Of a stretch of DNA of 53,721 bases, positions 1 to 11,900 are shown piece by piece. Position numbers and translations under genes: made by a program. Within the stretch, counting starts at the first letter, position 1; the number at the start of each line of letters is the position of its first letter. Source of the DNA: Perkinsus olseni (taxonomy: Eukaryota); assembly GCA_013115125.1 (NCBI GenBank), contig JABANN010000200.1, forward strand, positions 1 through 53,721, written 5' to 3'. The notes beneath the pieces are model-generated. The model searched no databases. It was not told where the DNA came from and worked only from the letters and a program-made list of their open reading frames with translations.

Positions 1-260
1 ATCCCGAGATTCCATCATATGAGTCATATATAAGCATAAATGTCATTTGCATATCAAACTGGCACACACAGTAATATGGTGGCCTGTGTTGGGCTGATGC
101 TGCCTGCGATTCCAACGATCGGTATTGAAGCACCACGATCGACAGCATTTGCAACGGAGCAATCAAATTAGGATCTCGCACCCAGCTGCCCCCTCCAGTC
201 CAATTTCGCGAAGGTGTGACGCAACAACAAGTTGCGGCATTAAACATCATGATACGAAGG

Positions 261-1469
261 TCATTCATTCTCGAGTAGAGCTATCTTATGCTCGGTGTAA
301 TCGACATGAATGCTGTACGCTCTGAAGAACGGCGTACCAAGGAATGCACCTGTGAGATTCCCATCGCCCCGGTGCATATTGAGAATGACCTCGCCGTCTT
401 GGGGATCTCCACAATAGTGTTCTGGGTGTATCTTAATTGGAATAGAGTTCAGCTCTTCGCCAAGTCGGAATCCCAGCACTGGTAGGCAATCAAACGCCTC
501 TTCGTCAAGATGCAGGAGCCCGTTATCATCCACACTGGATATCTCGTCTATTCCCCGCTTCTCTGTATGATGATTCTTTCTCCACGTCATCAGTAGTTTT
601 CTCTTGATGTCTCCAAGTAGGTCGACTTGAGGTAGATAGATGCCACTAGCCCCCGTATCGAGGATGGCGTGAAATGATTGTGGATTTCGGGTAAAGGGTC
701 CTTCCTTCGTCAAAAGTTTTCCCCTTGAATCGAACAACTTCAGAGACGAGACGAAAACAGCAGCGAACGCACGATGTGCATCGGGGTGGATTATAAATTT
801 CGGGAATATGTATTTGGCCGCGCCAGCGCTATCCACCGCTCCACCAATCGTCAATCGGCCAGACACGAAAGAAGAATCCCGGCTAGTCTTCGTATCAAAG
901 GTGTATGACAAGCGCTCAGTGAGATTTAGCCGCATAAGGGACCCGATCGAGCTTTCTGCGTTCGATGGCAAGTCTGCGATATATCCATTTGGAGGCAACA
1001 TTGATATCCCGAAAAGTCCTTTGGGTCTATCTCTCCACTGAAGTCCTATACATACCATGAAGGGAAAACCAGAGACTTTCTGGCCGCCAAGGGCAATCTT
1101 ACCGTAACGTGTTATACACCGGAGAACAGTACCGTCGGCGAATTGCGATTCATACCAAGAATCCTCGTCTTCGAAGTCTTCGAAGTCGCAAGGCTCTTCC
1201 TCGGGACAGAAGTAGCATCCGTGGTGGCGCTTCTCGCACCCGCCCTCCCCGAATGTTTCTTCGTACCAGTCCCCATCCAGCAGCATGGTCCACCAGGCAC
1301 CAGAGTCAACAAGTAGGCGTACCGCTTGACCGTCAATTTTAACTTTGACGAAGCCTTTTCTCACTCGCATAGCCAAAGTTTTGCTCGAGGTGCCGGGAAC
1401 AAGCGTCGCGGTTCGGGAGAAGGCATTCAATGTCAGCACCAGTATCATCACAGCGAAGAGCTTCCGCAT
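261..1469 (-). CDS. Secreted pepsin-like (A1) aspartic protease, intronless
   Basis: Signal peptide MRKLFAVMILVLTLNAFS (ATG 1469). Both catalytic motifs are present (LLVDSG and AILDTG), plus a Cys cluster CEKRHHGCYFCPEEEPC and the C-terminal A1 signature FLGTPFFRAYSIHVDY..KIAL. Confidence 0.9.
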   Translation of the reverse strand: MRKLFAVMILVLTLNAFSRTATLVPGTSSKTLAMRVRKGFVKVKIDGQAVRLLVDSGAWWTMLLDGDWYEETFGEGGCEKRHHGCYFCPEEEPCDFEDFEDEDSWYESQFADGTVLRCITRYGKIALGGQKVSGFPFMVCIGLQWRDRPKGLFGISMLPPNGYIADLPSNAESSIGSLMRLNLTERLSYTFDTKTSRDSSFVSGRLTIGGAVDSAGAAKYIFPKFIIHPDAHRAFAAVFVSSLKLFDSRGKLLTKEGPFTRNPQSFHAILDTGASGIYLPQVDLLGDIKRKLLMTWRKNHHTEKRGIDEISSVDDNGLLHLDEEAFDCLPVLGFRLGEELNSIPIKIHPEHYCGDPQDGEVILNMHRGDGNLTGAFLGTPFFRAYSIHVDYTEHKIALLENE

Positions 1470-2307
1470 TGCCGTGAGTGAGTGTGAGGAGGACATTCTG
1501 CTTGGAAGTTCGGATGACCTGATTCCAAGCCTTAGAATCTAAGAAGGATGCAATAAAAGGTATGGTTTTTATCCAGTGCATAAACCGGTAGTGACTCCTG
1601 CACGCCTGGATGGCTGGCCATACTTCACAGTATTCGTAAGGGTCCCACGTCGAATGCACATTGAAAGGCCCCAAAACGAGAGGACCACTATTAGCATTTC
1701 ATACTCATCTGTCTCGTCTCAGTCGAGGTGTCTCGTCTTGGTACCTGAGTAAATGTGGGCGAGCGCGCAGACCCGAGTGAACACACTTGTAGAATCGTTC
1801 GAGACGAGACGTTCCCGTCAAATATGCGTCTGCGCGCACCCTCGTCAGTTATATGATTTCAAAAGGGGGCCATCTCTACCGTGTGCTGGTGGATTCTTCG
1901 TCCTCTTCGACCGAAGCGCTAACTGCGGCGTTATGATGGCAACGAGATACTGAACAAACAAATGCACCACGTACGGGTACCCGGGCCAGTATCACGAAGT
2001 TACTGTCTGCTCCTCGGCTTCGGCCAGAGAGTCTCTGGCAGAGACCCCCGACTCGCTTTGGATCTCGATCTTTTGATATCGATCTGATAGCCTTACTTAT
2101 GGCAGAAGGTCTTCTGCGGATACATAACAGACGAGCGGACTGATTGAGTTTTTTGATCCAGTTAAGATCTATCATCGCGACGCTGCCGGCCGGCGTCGTC
2201 GAACGTCGTTGCATCTTTATCCTGTTCTCTTCGTCCGCAGACTGTAACGCAACACTGAGTAGTGACTTCATACATCATACACAATAAAATTGCAACATGC
2301 AGAAGTG

Positions 2308-3474
2308 TCAATTTTCGAGCAGAGCTATCTTATGCTCGGTGTAATCGACATGTATACTGTACGCTCTGAAGAACGGCGTACCCAGTATTCCCTTTCCTTC
2401 ATTCACATAGAGGCCCGTTTGCCCCTCCTGAGGATCCCCGCAGTAATGCTTCGGATGTATCTTAATGGGGATAGAATTGGGGTCGTCGCCCAATCGGAGC
2501 CTTATCACCGGCAAGCTTTCGAAAGCTTTCTCCTCAATATGCAAAAAACCGTTATCGTCTCTCCAATACATATCCGCTATTCGCTCAGCTTTATAACCCT
2601 TGTTCCTCAATTCGCCACGGAGCTCTCTCTCGATCTTCTGTAGTAGATCTTCTGCCAGATCTTCTGTTCCATCAATGATGGAGAGGAATGAGTGGGGATT
2701 CGAGCTGGAAAAACCTCCCCACTTTGTGAGGTTCCCATCTGCATTAATGAGCCTCACTGAGGATACCCATGCCGCAGCATATGCTCGACGTGCCCGTGGA
2801 CTGACCACGAAATTCGGAAACACCGTATTGATCGTTTTAAACTTAGCCAGCGGTTCACCAATTATTAGTTGACCAGAGACGAAGTCGGACACCCGGCTCG
2901 TACTTGCTTGGATGGTGTATGACAGGCGCCCAATGAGGTTGTGGTGCATAAGGGATCCCATTACGTTTTCCTCGCTGAGTACCCCGATTGGCAGCATCGA
3001 CTGTGGAGGTAGCATCGCTATCCCAAACAGCCCCATCGTCTTCGAACCTTGGCTCCCGGAAACACCTCGGAAAACCCTGAAGGGGAAATCAGTGATTTCC
3101 TGGTCGCCCAATACCAGTTTTGCAGATCGCCTTATGCTGTCGACAATCTGTGATCCGAACCCCAGTCGGTCCACCGTTTCTTTCCTTCGGAAGGTGCAGG
3201 GATTTTTCTTCGGACACTTGTAGCACCCTATCCGGTCCTTCTCGCACGCGCCCTTGCCGAAGGTTTTCTCGTACCACTTGCCGTCTACCACCTTTAGGCC
3301 CCAATAGCCAGAATCCACGAGCAGGTCTACGTCTTGGCCGCCGATATTGACTCTGACGAAATCTTCTCTTATCGGAATTGTCATAGTTTTGGCGGCGGCT
3401 GATACTATCTCCGCGTCTACGCTCAGCACGTGCTGCGTCACTCCGAGCAACATCGGAGCGAAAACTCTGCGCAT
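2308..3474 (-). CDS. Aspartic protease paralog with a degenerate second catalytic motif (probable pseudo-protease)
   Basis: Colinear paralog of 261-1469: signal peptide, LLVDSG, same Cys cluster, identical GTPFFRAYSIHVDYTEHKIALLEN tail. The second motif reads IIDGTEDL instead of ILDTGASGIYLP. Confidence 0.85.
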   Translation of the reverse strand: MRRVFAPMLLGVTQHVLSVDAEIVSAAAKTMTIPIREDFVRVNIGGQDVDLLVDSGYWGLKVVDGKWYEKTFGKGACEKDRIGCYKCPKKNPCTFRRKETVDRLGFGSQIVDSIRRSAKLVLGDQEITDFPFRVFRGVSGSQGSKTMGLFGIAMLPPQSMLPIGVLSEENVMGSLMHHNLIGRLSYTIQASTSRVSDFVSGQLIIGEPLAKFKTINTVFPNFVVSPRARRAYAAAWVSSVRLINADGNLTKWGGFSSSNPHSFLSIIDGTEDLAEDLLQKIERELRGELRNKGYKAERIADMYWRDDNGFLHIEEKAFESLPVIRLRLGDDPNSIPIKIHPKHYCGDPQEGQTGLYVNEGKGILGTPFFRAYSIHVDYTEHKIALLEN

Positions 3475-3966
3475 TGGGTGGCGGGATAACTAACGAGGGA
3501 TGAAATTGCAGATTATCAACATGTTCGATTGGGAATGTTTGATCTACGGGGTGACGCGTGTCGTTCCTAAAAGCTTTGCGAACTCGCAGTACTCGAAGAG
3601 CTCACGAATTCGATAAGCGCCGTAGATCAACGAGACTGGTTCTCTGGAATTTTCCTGTCTCGTCTCTCATCTTGCTGAGGGATTGCGAGGGAGAGCAAGA
3701 AAGCAAGTGATCTCTCTCTGCATGATAGTGCAGGCAGAATTCGCCGCGGTTATCTAGGCGCATCCCGAATGGACCGACGATTTGCTGGTAACTGATCGGA
3801 AATTTCTGGCGCCTTGCCCACACGAGTCCCGTGACGGGCGAGTCGATTAGATAAATAATTTATCATAACTTCAATCGCTGTCATTGCCGCTTGGCGTATA
3901 TTCCGAACCTGTAATTTGGAGAAGTTGCTTCCCGCAGTATTCCGCGGGCAGTATCAGACTGCCATT

Positions 3967-5450
3967 ATGGATCACCGCCGGTGACTCACCGAATAGCCCC
4001 AAGTTGCTTATGTTGTCAGCTTTCGTCGTGGAATGTAGCTTCTACTTGTTGTGTTGTTTATTTCAGTTCACGACGTATGAAGAGAGCCTTCATCCTTAAC
4101 GCCTAGTGTGCCCTCTTTGTGCGAGGTTGACCAGTGTGTGCTAGTCTGATCGATGCAGATCATTGTACCGGCCTGGCGAAGTCCAAAACAAAGTGTCAGT
4201 GCCGTGCTCCTGGGTGTCCCTTCAGGAGGTAGAAATTTGGCACCTATCCCGATTCATTGCTCGATTCACCCGTCACTCGGATGCTCCCATTAAATTACAG
4301 CGGCTGCAATTCTTAATCTCTTTCGGGGGAGTTGCGTCATTGATGAGCGTCCCCAATTTACGACCGCCGGAGAATGCTTAGACGAACGGTGGATGAATGG
4401 CAACACTAGTACGAACACTCGGGATGGATTGTCCGCCCGTTCCACCAGTTTTACAACGACTTTTCCTTTGTTCCCCGTCATGTTCCAGGCAGATTGGTAT
4501 GGCGGCTATTATACGCCCCCTGCAATTCTCCAACTGAGCTCATGTAGTTGCGTAACAGAGGCTGGTGCAGTGTTTATAGTCCCGTGGTCAATGATCTCTG
4601 TTCGTAAGTTTTCATGGTTTGGTCGAAAGGAATGAACAGTTTACCATAGCCAGCGGGGTGGAGGCCCGATGATTCGAGTTCAGGAGTTGTGAAGCGGCAG
4701 GCGGATTATATCGTCAACTTGAGCTTTCCGGAGTGTTCCTTACACAATCGTCGTCGTAATTCTTGCAAAGTGGGAGTTATCAAAATACCCTATGGTTTTG
4801 GGTAGCCGTCAATCTCGCAGTGTTTATGTTCTTGTCGATTTTTTCGACACTGCAAAGGCTCATGTCATCCGCTGTTTCTTCTGGGCCGGAATGCATACCG
4901 GAGTGCCACGCAGGTGAATTTTATTTTGATCGGTTTCAGTGTTGTCTGAACTGTCCATTCCAGAGTCGGAAGTGTGTGGACACGAAGTTACCTGGGAGTC
5001 CGTGGACGCCGCTCCTCCTCACGACTTGCGAACCTTCATGGCCGCAAACGCCCAACGGTGAGACTCTGGGTGAGAATAAAAGTATGCCACTTACCAAGGC
5101 TTGAGACGCCGGCTTCGCGCACGTAGTGTCATGCTACATTGTCATTCTCGTGTGTTGGGGAATGGCACTTACGCAAGTTCGGAGTCCATGAACTTCGGAA
5201 ATAATCCCGAGCTCTATTCGAGATGCTCTAGCATCTCGCCTTGTGTGAGTCATTCAAGCCTTGGTATCGCCCTTGTTGTCTTTCACGCGATGGGTTGTAA
5301 TACAACCCGAAAATTCAGGATACAACCGTTGTATCTTGAATTTTCGACGGCTGTTGGACTTGCCAGCGACACGAGAACCATGAAAATTATGCCAGCATGG
5401 AGTTTGAAAATCGTGTCGTTTGGGGGCCATCGATGAGGGAAATCCAGCCA
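3967..5450 (+). other. Unassigned spliced exons, possibly the 5' part of the TPR-WD40 gene
   Basis: Alternating ag|exon|gt blocks, for example a Cys-rich reading DHCTGLAKSKTKCQCRAPGCPFR near 4160-4228. I could not build an unambiguous gene model. Confidence 0.3.
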
Positions 5451-5508
5451 GCAAGTCGCAAGTAGGCAGTTGAAGTGAAGTTCAAGCCTCTCCCGCTCGA
5501 GGCTTCAG

Positions 5509-8500
5509 GGTCGTCAACGGGCTGCACTCTTCAACAGTAGGTACGAACGACTGAAGGAAGTCGCTTCGGCACCCGCGGAGGAAAGGCCGCTGAGAGGCGA
5601 CTGCGAGGAGTACTCAGATCCAGCTGAGCGACAGGACGCTGAATTTGTCATGCTGTATAGTGTTTGTAAGCAGTACCCGGGAATGATTGCACTGACTCTG
5701 GTGCGAATAGGACGGATCATCTAGAAACGTTCTCAGTGGTATGATCGCAATTTTCTACTGCAACAGTGGGGACCTTCGGTCCTCCAGTCAGAGCGCATCA
5801 GAGTGTAGTATTAGGATGCAGGTCGCGATATGGTCAATCAAGCCTAGTACAGTATTACTAGAGAACAGTGTGCCTGCAGGAGCACAACTACCACTATGGA
5901 CTTCCCTGTCTGACAGGCGCCTGTCGTCTCGAATGGTATGAGGCGTCCTTGGAAGCTGCCTGTGTGGCGGCGGAGATCGACCCCACCAACCCCAAGCCGC
6001 TCGCTATGAGGATCTACCTCAGGGTCATGCACTTGAAACAGTGGGTTGAGGCGGGCCAGGGCTCATTGTCACTCTAAGCACATTGGTCGGGTCTTGCAGA
6101 GGCTAGGGCCGCGATGCCGTCTCCTTGCTAGAAAGCCATCAGAAAATCATAGGCGAAGCCCTCGTAATTAGCTACTTACATCGCTACAACCGAGGCCATC
6201 ATTTCGTCCCGGCCTTGCGCAGTCTCAGTCCGCGAGGTGCTGGAAACTGTGCTTTTGTGGTATGCGGTATCTCAGACCTTACCTCTCGGAGCTGAGGGCG
6301 GATGCTGAAAGGCTCGATCGATTACGGGAGAGGGAGCGGAGTTCCTTCGCGATCACCAAGACCATCGTGCTGGATCCTGACTGGCAGAAGTTTATGAAAG
6401 TGGACAGGGTCGATGCCGCCGCTCTGTCGCCCTTCCGTGGCTGTCAGGCCCTCAACAAGTACCTCCCCATGAGCTACAGGATGCGACCTGAACACGAGTC
6501 TGCACACTACTTGGAGCAAGCGAAGTCCCGAAGGAGTGGTATCACTAGTACTCCCGCCTCGAAGCCCGGCTCATCTCTTCTGTCATTTCAGACGACGCGT
6601 CGGTCTATAACCGTGCTAATCGTAGTGCTTACCACTTGTCGATCGACCGCAAGTACCGCACTTTATCGCGGACGGGTGGGAGGCCAGCTCCCTATCAGCT
6701 CACTGGCTTCTTGTGGCGGAATAAGAAGACTGTACATGCGACTGGGCATGTAAGGCCCTCCTGGTATCTTCGGTCACGACGTCGTTGTCAGTCTTGTGCC
6801 AGCGAATGTCCGTACGACATCATCATGTCACCATCTGGCAACAGGCTCTTCGTGTCTGGCCGAGACGCTTGCGTCCACGTGTAAGCGACGATCGTACTCC
6901 TAAGCTCGTCACGCTTCCGGTGACCCAGATTCGACTCATCTGATTTGGAGCGGACTCGTGGCGGATCGGAAGACGCCGCCCTTAAGCTGAAAGAAAAGAA
7001 AATCTTCTACCAGAGCCATGTCCGATGGACTATCACCGATATTGACGTAATTTCGTGGCGCAGCGGTCATTGTGTACGCGTCTGTGCAGCATCACCCCTC
7101 TCGGGCCTCCATCCTCACCTCGTCGATAAGTCCGGTCCTTAACTTTACCGCTAACTATGAGACAGAAGAGACCAGAAGCAAGTCTCTGATACTGGATGAT
7201 ACTAGGTAGGACTGCCCGACGGCTGCGCGGCGGTGCTCATCGTGCATCCCTTCAGAATCGGTGTGTGGTCGGTGAGGTTCGTTGGCGACTGGCAAGCAGC
7301 AGCAGGCTCTATGGTAGGTCACGGGAAGTGGTGTACACAAATCCTAGTCGATTCGAAGACCCGTACGTGATTGAGAATGCGTCATAATAGGCTGTTGGTC
7401 CGAGCTATAGCATATTCTTCATATGCCGGTGGCGGCCCTGGGAAAGTGATGACACTAGTGAGGACACGAATTCTCATAAGAGGAGAGTGACTAACACCGT
7501 ACCGCTCAATTGAGGCGGGAGGTCCTCGGTCTTATCTCGCACCACATCAGGAGCACTGTCAGGTCGGTGGCGTCCACCTGTACGACATCCTCAGAGAGAT
7601 GACATACTGCACTGCCTACAGCCACAACAGGGCCGATGTCAACGCTCTCTGCACTCCGCACGTCGAGTGGGAATACCCAAGGGAAGTATCTTTCAATGGT
7701 GCCCTGCTCAGTTGTGGTCAGAGGACGCTGCTTTTCTCGGGCGGAGACGACGGTACGATTAACATGTGGGACACCAGAAGCATGCGGAGGCCTGCTGGGG
7801 TGAGCTCCTTTTCCTGGCTATTAGGAGATTCCGAAGGGGTCCCTTGCAGGTGCTGGTTGGACATACGGATGGTATTTGCAGTCTCCATATGACGGACGCT
7901 AGCTGGCATTACCTCTGCTCCAATGCCAAGGACCAGAAGGTTAAACTGTGGGACCTGCGGACAGGTAAGCTTACCGGAGAATCCGAGAATCGCTGGGAAT
8001 CTCCGTGCGTCTTGTAATCATCCCTACCACCTCAGCGCCGGTCAACATAGTTGACTACCACGCCAAGCACCAGACAGCGCCGTGCACGCCGGCTTGGGAC
8101 TACCGTAGCCACCCTTACCCGGGCAACCCTCTCCTGGACTGCTACTCTCATCCACACGATAAGTATCGACAGCCCCAGGTCCTTTAAGATGATACCGAGA
8201 TGCGTCTTAGGTCGCTTTATACATTTATTGGTCACAAAGTTCATCGCACGCTGATCCGCGCTCGGATGTCTCCTATGCGAACGACGGGAGGCCGGTAATC
8301 CGTCGGTGGACTACTTTTGTGGCGCAGTGACGATTTCTGTTGGCAGCTACATCCTTTCTGGCAGCGCCAATGGTGTCATGCACCTCTGGGATCTACAGAA
8401 CCCTTCCCCCTTCGGCAAATCGTGAGCATTGATCAGCGGCAGCGGCGGCTTTGCTGAGTGCTTCTCAGGTTCCGAGCGATCGGGGCCCGAGTCCTCGACG

Positions 8501-8848
8501 GTGAGACAGAGGTTGATGACAACGACAGTGTGGGTAGCGACGACTGGTATGAGCGGAGGCACACGACCCGAGCAGGTGGTCTAACGAGTCTCAGATATCG
8601 ACCCTCTGTCCAGTAGATTCATTGTGAGGCTCAGAATCGAATTAATTTTTGCGCATAGGATGCGGTTCCAGAATAGATTCTGAGGTCAAGAATAGGGTTA
8701 TTGAGCGACCCTTGAGTCCTGTCGCAGAGCCATCTGCCATCGTTCTCCAGGCGAACGACTTGTCTTAGTTACCTGGCACCCAACACTTCCAGCGGCACTG
8801 TACGCCCCTTGGGATCTTAAGGTCCGCATGCTGTCTGCATGGTTATGA
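5509..8848 (+). CDS. DCAF11: DCAF11/WDR23/LEC14B-like WD40 protein with an N-terminal TPR-like segment (multi-exon; true start further upstream)
   Basis: Joined exons give HVRWTITDID, HNRADVNAL, LLFSGGDDGTINMWDTR..RPAGVLVGHTDGI, YLCSNAKDQKVKLWDLR, WDYRSHPYP, FIGHKVHRTLIRARMSPMRTTGGRYILSGS and VTWHPTLP..WD (stop 8846-8848). These match DCAF11/LEC14B motifs as I recall them. The TPR-like text FYCN..WYEASLEAACVAAEIDPTNPKPL lies at 5750-6040. Confidence 0.8.
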
Positions 8849-8978
8849 GCAGCAGCCGCTGGACAGTATAAGAGAAAATTCTGGATCGATTTTCGAAGTT
8901 GACTTTTTCATCACCACTCCTTGCTGGTTCTACTTGCGTTGGTCAATACTAGTCCTCCAATAGAGGACCTCCAATAGA

Positions 8979-11900
8979 ATGCCGAGGCTTCTGTGTCTCC
9001 AGGCAGCCTCGATGGGCTTGTGTTCCGCCCGAAAGGGTTAGTTGGAACAAGTCCTTGTCAATTGAGGCGAGGTTGCTGCTCACAGTGTTAGAGGAAAAGG
9101 AGTGCTCCAGTGCGATCAAAGTTGGGCACCGCGATCCTAGCCAATCTTCATAATTCCATCGTCCAGCATGACGCTCGACCGCCCGGACGACGCTGCCGCT
9201 GCCGAGCCGCGGACGGTGGAGAAGCCAGAACCCTCAACAGATTCAGAGTAAGTGGCCATTTGCAACCTCCTGAGTGGCATCTGGTCTCCGGTCAGTCGAT
9301 CGGAGGAGAGTGGGTGGATGCTCGCCTTACGGGCTCTGCACGCTCGTGTGCTGAACACTCTGAATGGTGACAGTGTTGCACGCTGTCCGAAGCTTGAAAC
9401 CGTGGTAGGGTTGCTGCCCTGGTTACTGGCAAAGCGCCTGGTCGGCTGCCTCAGCCCGAGGAACCCGTGGAGCCTGAGAAGCCTAAGTATAGGACTTATG
9501 GCCCTGACGAGGAGGTGCCAGCGGAAGAGAAGGCCTATCAGTTGCGGAGAAGGCGGGCGAAGAAGGCTGGACACTTCCGTATCAACAAGCAAATATTACA
9601 GGTTAGCGTCACTCGCCACGAAATTCACTCGACCGCTGCTCTCAGTCGGAGACACTTGAAGAGCTGCTGGATGTGATTGCAGAGGCTCTCAATTGGTTCA
9701 ACATCGTTAACATCGGTACCGCTCTTTACAAGCTAGCGGTGAGGGGCTTCCGGGTCTCGTATGCTTGCTGCGGATTGGAAGGCCTCTGATGGCGGCTGCG
9801 GCTCTGTTTTGCCGTGGTCTTTCGATTTCCGAGGATCTTCAGCTGATGGGTGTGGTTGTTTCTTCTTATTCTTCTTGCTAATCTTATGTCCGTCAATAGA
9901 TAGGAACCGAAAGCATACCATGCCTTGAAGGCATGGCATGCTTTCGGTATGCTGTGGTATGCTGTGGTATGCTGTGGTATGCTGTGGTATGCTTTCCACT
10001 GAAGGCATTGCCTTCAGTGGGATAGTGGAGTTAGTAGAACGGCCGCCGAGACCCGGGCTAGCAGCGAGGCATGCTGGACTGTCTCTCTCAGTCACTGGCT
10101 CTTGCCGACCAGAGTCAAGCGTCCAAGAACAAAGCATTCCTTCGGAAAGACAACCGCTACATAGGTTTTCTCGATGAGGTGAGCGGACTACCTAGGCGTT
10201 CTCTCCTGCCACAGCTGTGGGACTGCTAGGTAGCCAACGTCATGTCGTACGTGGACGAGCCGATTGCTATCGAAGCCGCTAACGGCAGCGGGAAGCTCAT
10301 CAGAGACGTGAAGTGATGACGATACGTGCTTCTCGAAAGTCCCGTAGAGAAGGCGGCAGGTCCGCTTGCTTTACCCCAAAAGAATTGGCTAACATCGTCT
10401 GGGCTGTCACTCACATTGGCCTTCCTCACAGACGGTTGTACAAGTTGGTGGCACGGCATATGATCTGGGTAACGGCAGAACCGTTGTTGCTGCTGTCAAG
10501 CACTTGTCTCTCAGTACATCGACCATTTTGATTCGGTGAACCTCTCGCTCGCCCTCTGGGGTTTCGCCAAGATGGATGTCTGCAGCCCGGAGCTCTTTCA
10601 CGCAGCAGCACCCGTTATTATCAATATGGTGCTCCCTCCCTGGCCCCCTTCCCTGTGTACCTCTCCATCTTACAGATAGAGACCTTTGAGCCACATCGTC
10701 TGTGCAATACCGCCTGGGCCTTCTCCAAGACCCTCAATGCGCAAGATAACGAGAAGCTGTTCAGCGCCATAGCCTCGGTGGGTCGAGTCGTGGCAGAAGT
10801 CTCAGTGGGGAGGGAATCTCCTCAGGCCAGCATGCGGAAGATAGACAAATTCAATCTGTCTAACGAGTCCATGCTCGTATACTCCTTCGCTCTGGCTCAA
10901 TACAAGGAACCGGTTGAACTGATAGGGATGGTGAGGGGCAACGGTCGATTCATGATGAATACATTGTTGTGCAAGAAACTATATGGGCTTTGATATGGAA
11001 GTTTTGGTATGGAAAATTTTTCCTGGCTGTATTTCGAAAAGATGATGTCGTATTTTTTCTCGGGTTATTTCATTTTACGCATAAAAAACATCAGGGGAAA
11101 ATTTATTTTTTTGTAGGAGGTTACGTACAACATTCAGTATACTTTACATATAACAAAGTCTGTATCATCACTAGTGAGATGGCGAGGCTGATGGTGAGTA
11201 GATACTGAAACAGCAGATAAGAGCCATCAAGAGGGGCGAAGTGAATGACCCGAGGTCCTTCGCCAACATGGCTTGGGGAGCCGCTGAACTAGGCGTTGGA
11301 CCCAAATACCAAGATCTGTAAATGACCCATTCCATAACCAATTCTGTGAAGTGTAGCCTTCAAACTTAGATACACGGCCATCGCGGATTATCTAGCCAGG
11401 CGGCCGAGGATTCTAAACGAGTACGGACGGAAAGACGCAGCAGCTTTGCACTTCTGCCGTGCTGCTGTCAGTTTTGGCATCAATCAATTGGCGACGCTCT
11501 GCCTTGCCCTCATGATGGTTGAGTCGAAGGCCCCACAAGTAAGTCGCAGAAGAGTCCAGAGAGGGCGAGGAGACGATGGTAGATCCGCGTGCTCTTCGAT
11601 CATGTTCGGGATATCTGTGCAACTAAGCAGATGGACAGTGAGCCGCCGTACGGTGGAGCGTGTGTGGCTAGTTGAAAGGGGCAGGTACGATGAGGATGGA
11701 CTTGATGAACCTACAGGCGGCATTCAACTATTACAGGATTGACTCGGGCTGTGTTAGAGAAGCGCTGCAAGAGCTGCTGAAGATGGAAACACAGCAGAAG
11801 CAGGAGAGGAAGCGTCTCATCGCCGAGCAGCAACAGCAAACTGCTATCATGGCTCGCCAGAAGCTCATCCTGGGAAGGTGCTTCAGAAAGATCTGTTGTT

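Noticed and set aside
1876-2271. 131-aa ORF between the two proteases
   Set aside because: No motif, signal peptide or paralog; it starts in the likely 3' UTR of the upstream protease.
8102-8111. ACCGTAGCCA resembles the 5' half of the Perkinsus/dinoflagellate spliced leader
   Set aside because: Only 10 nt, and it encodes the conserved WDYRSH peptide; the rest of the leader is absent.
9951-9990. Regular repeats as a CRISPR-like array
   Set aside because: Contiguous 10-mers without spacers in a eukaryotic intron; no cas genes.
10952-11208. Box C/D snoRNA (ATGATGA ... CTGA) in the AT-rich intron
   Set aside because: Too long, no terminal stem or recognisable guide, and the CTGA can be read as exon sequence. 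The TGATGA is better explained as an inverted terminal repeat.
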